From the human T2T-CHM13v2.0 reference genome, Homo sapiens, in the NCBI RefSeq assembly GCF_009914755.1, contig NC_060947.1: a stretch of DNA of 64,000 nt, one strand, 5' to 3'. Shown here piece after piece: positions 63,974 through 64,000 of this stretch. The notes under the pieces are model-generated. The model was not told where the DNA came from. It was given only the letters and a program-made list of their open reading frames with translations, and ran no database searches. Made by a program: the position numbers and the translations under genes. Each line of letters starts with the position of its first letter. Within the stretch, counting starts at the first letter, position 1.

Positions 63974-64000
63974 CTCGCTAGAATTTAAGACAAAAAGCTC

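Overview
Primate DNA, almost certainly human Xq28. The window holds the complete cancer-testis gene MAGEA4 on the + strand (single coding exon, CDS 25894-26847, 317 aa). Upstream of it lies a ~7.3 kb tandem array of about 12 promoter/non-coding first-exon units, with a core period of ~680 bp. The 3' part of GABRE (GABA-A receptor epsilon; last five coding exons plus 3' UTR) is on the - strand, with the intronic microRNAs mir-452 and mir-224. The rest is mostly old L1, L2, MIR, Alu, MaLR/MLT and ERVL sequence; repeat subfamily calls and ends are approximate and made by eye. The most notable points are: (1) the promoter array has an A-B-C-C-(C/A)-B higher-order structure; (2) a disabled, intron-containing CSAG-like gene copy sits head-to-head with MAGEA4; (3) there may be a highly decayed class A GPCR relic between MAGEA4 and GABRE (tentative); (4) a consensus 5' splice site lies just downstream of each miRNA hairpin; (5) a 90-bp piece of MAGEA4 upstream sequence is copied into an old L1. 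Gene and family identities come from recognising sequences from memory; no database search was run.
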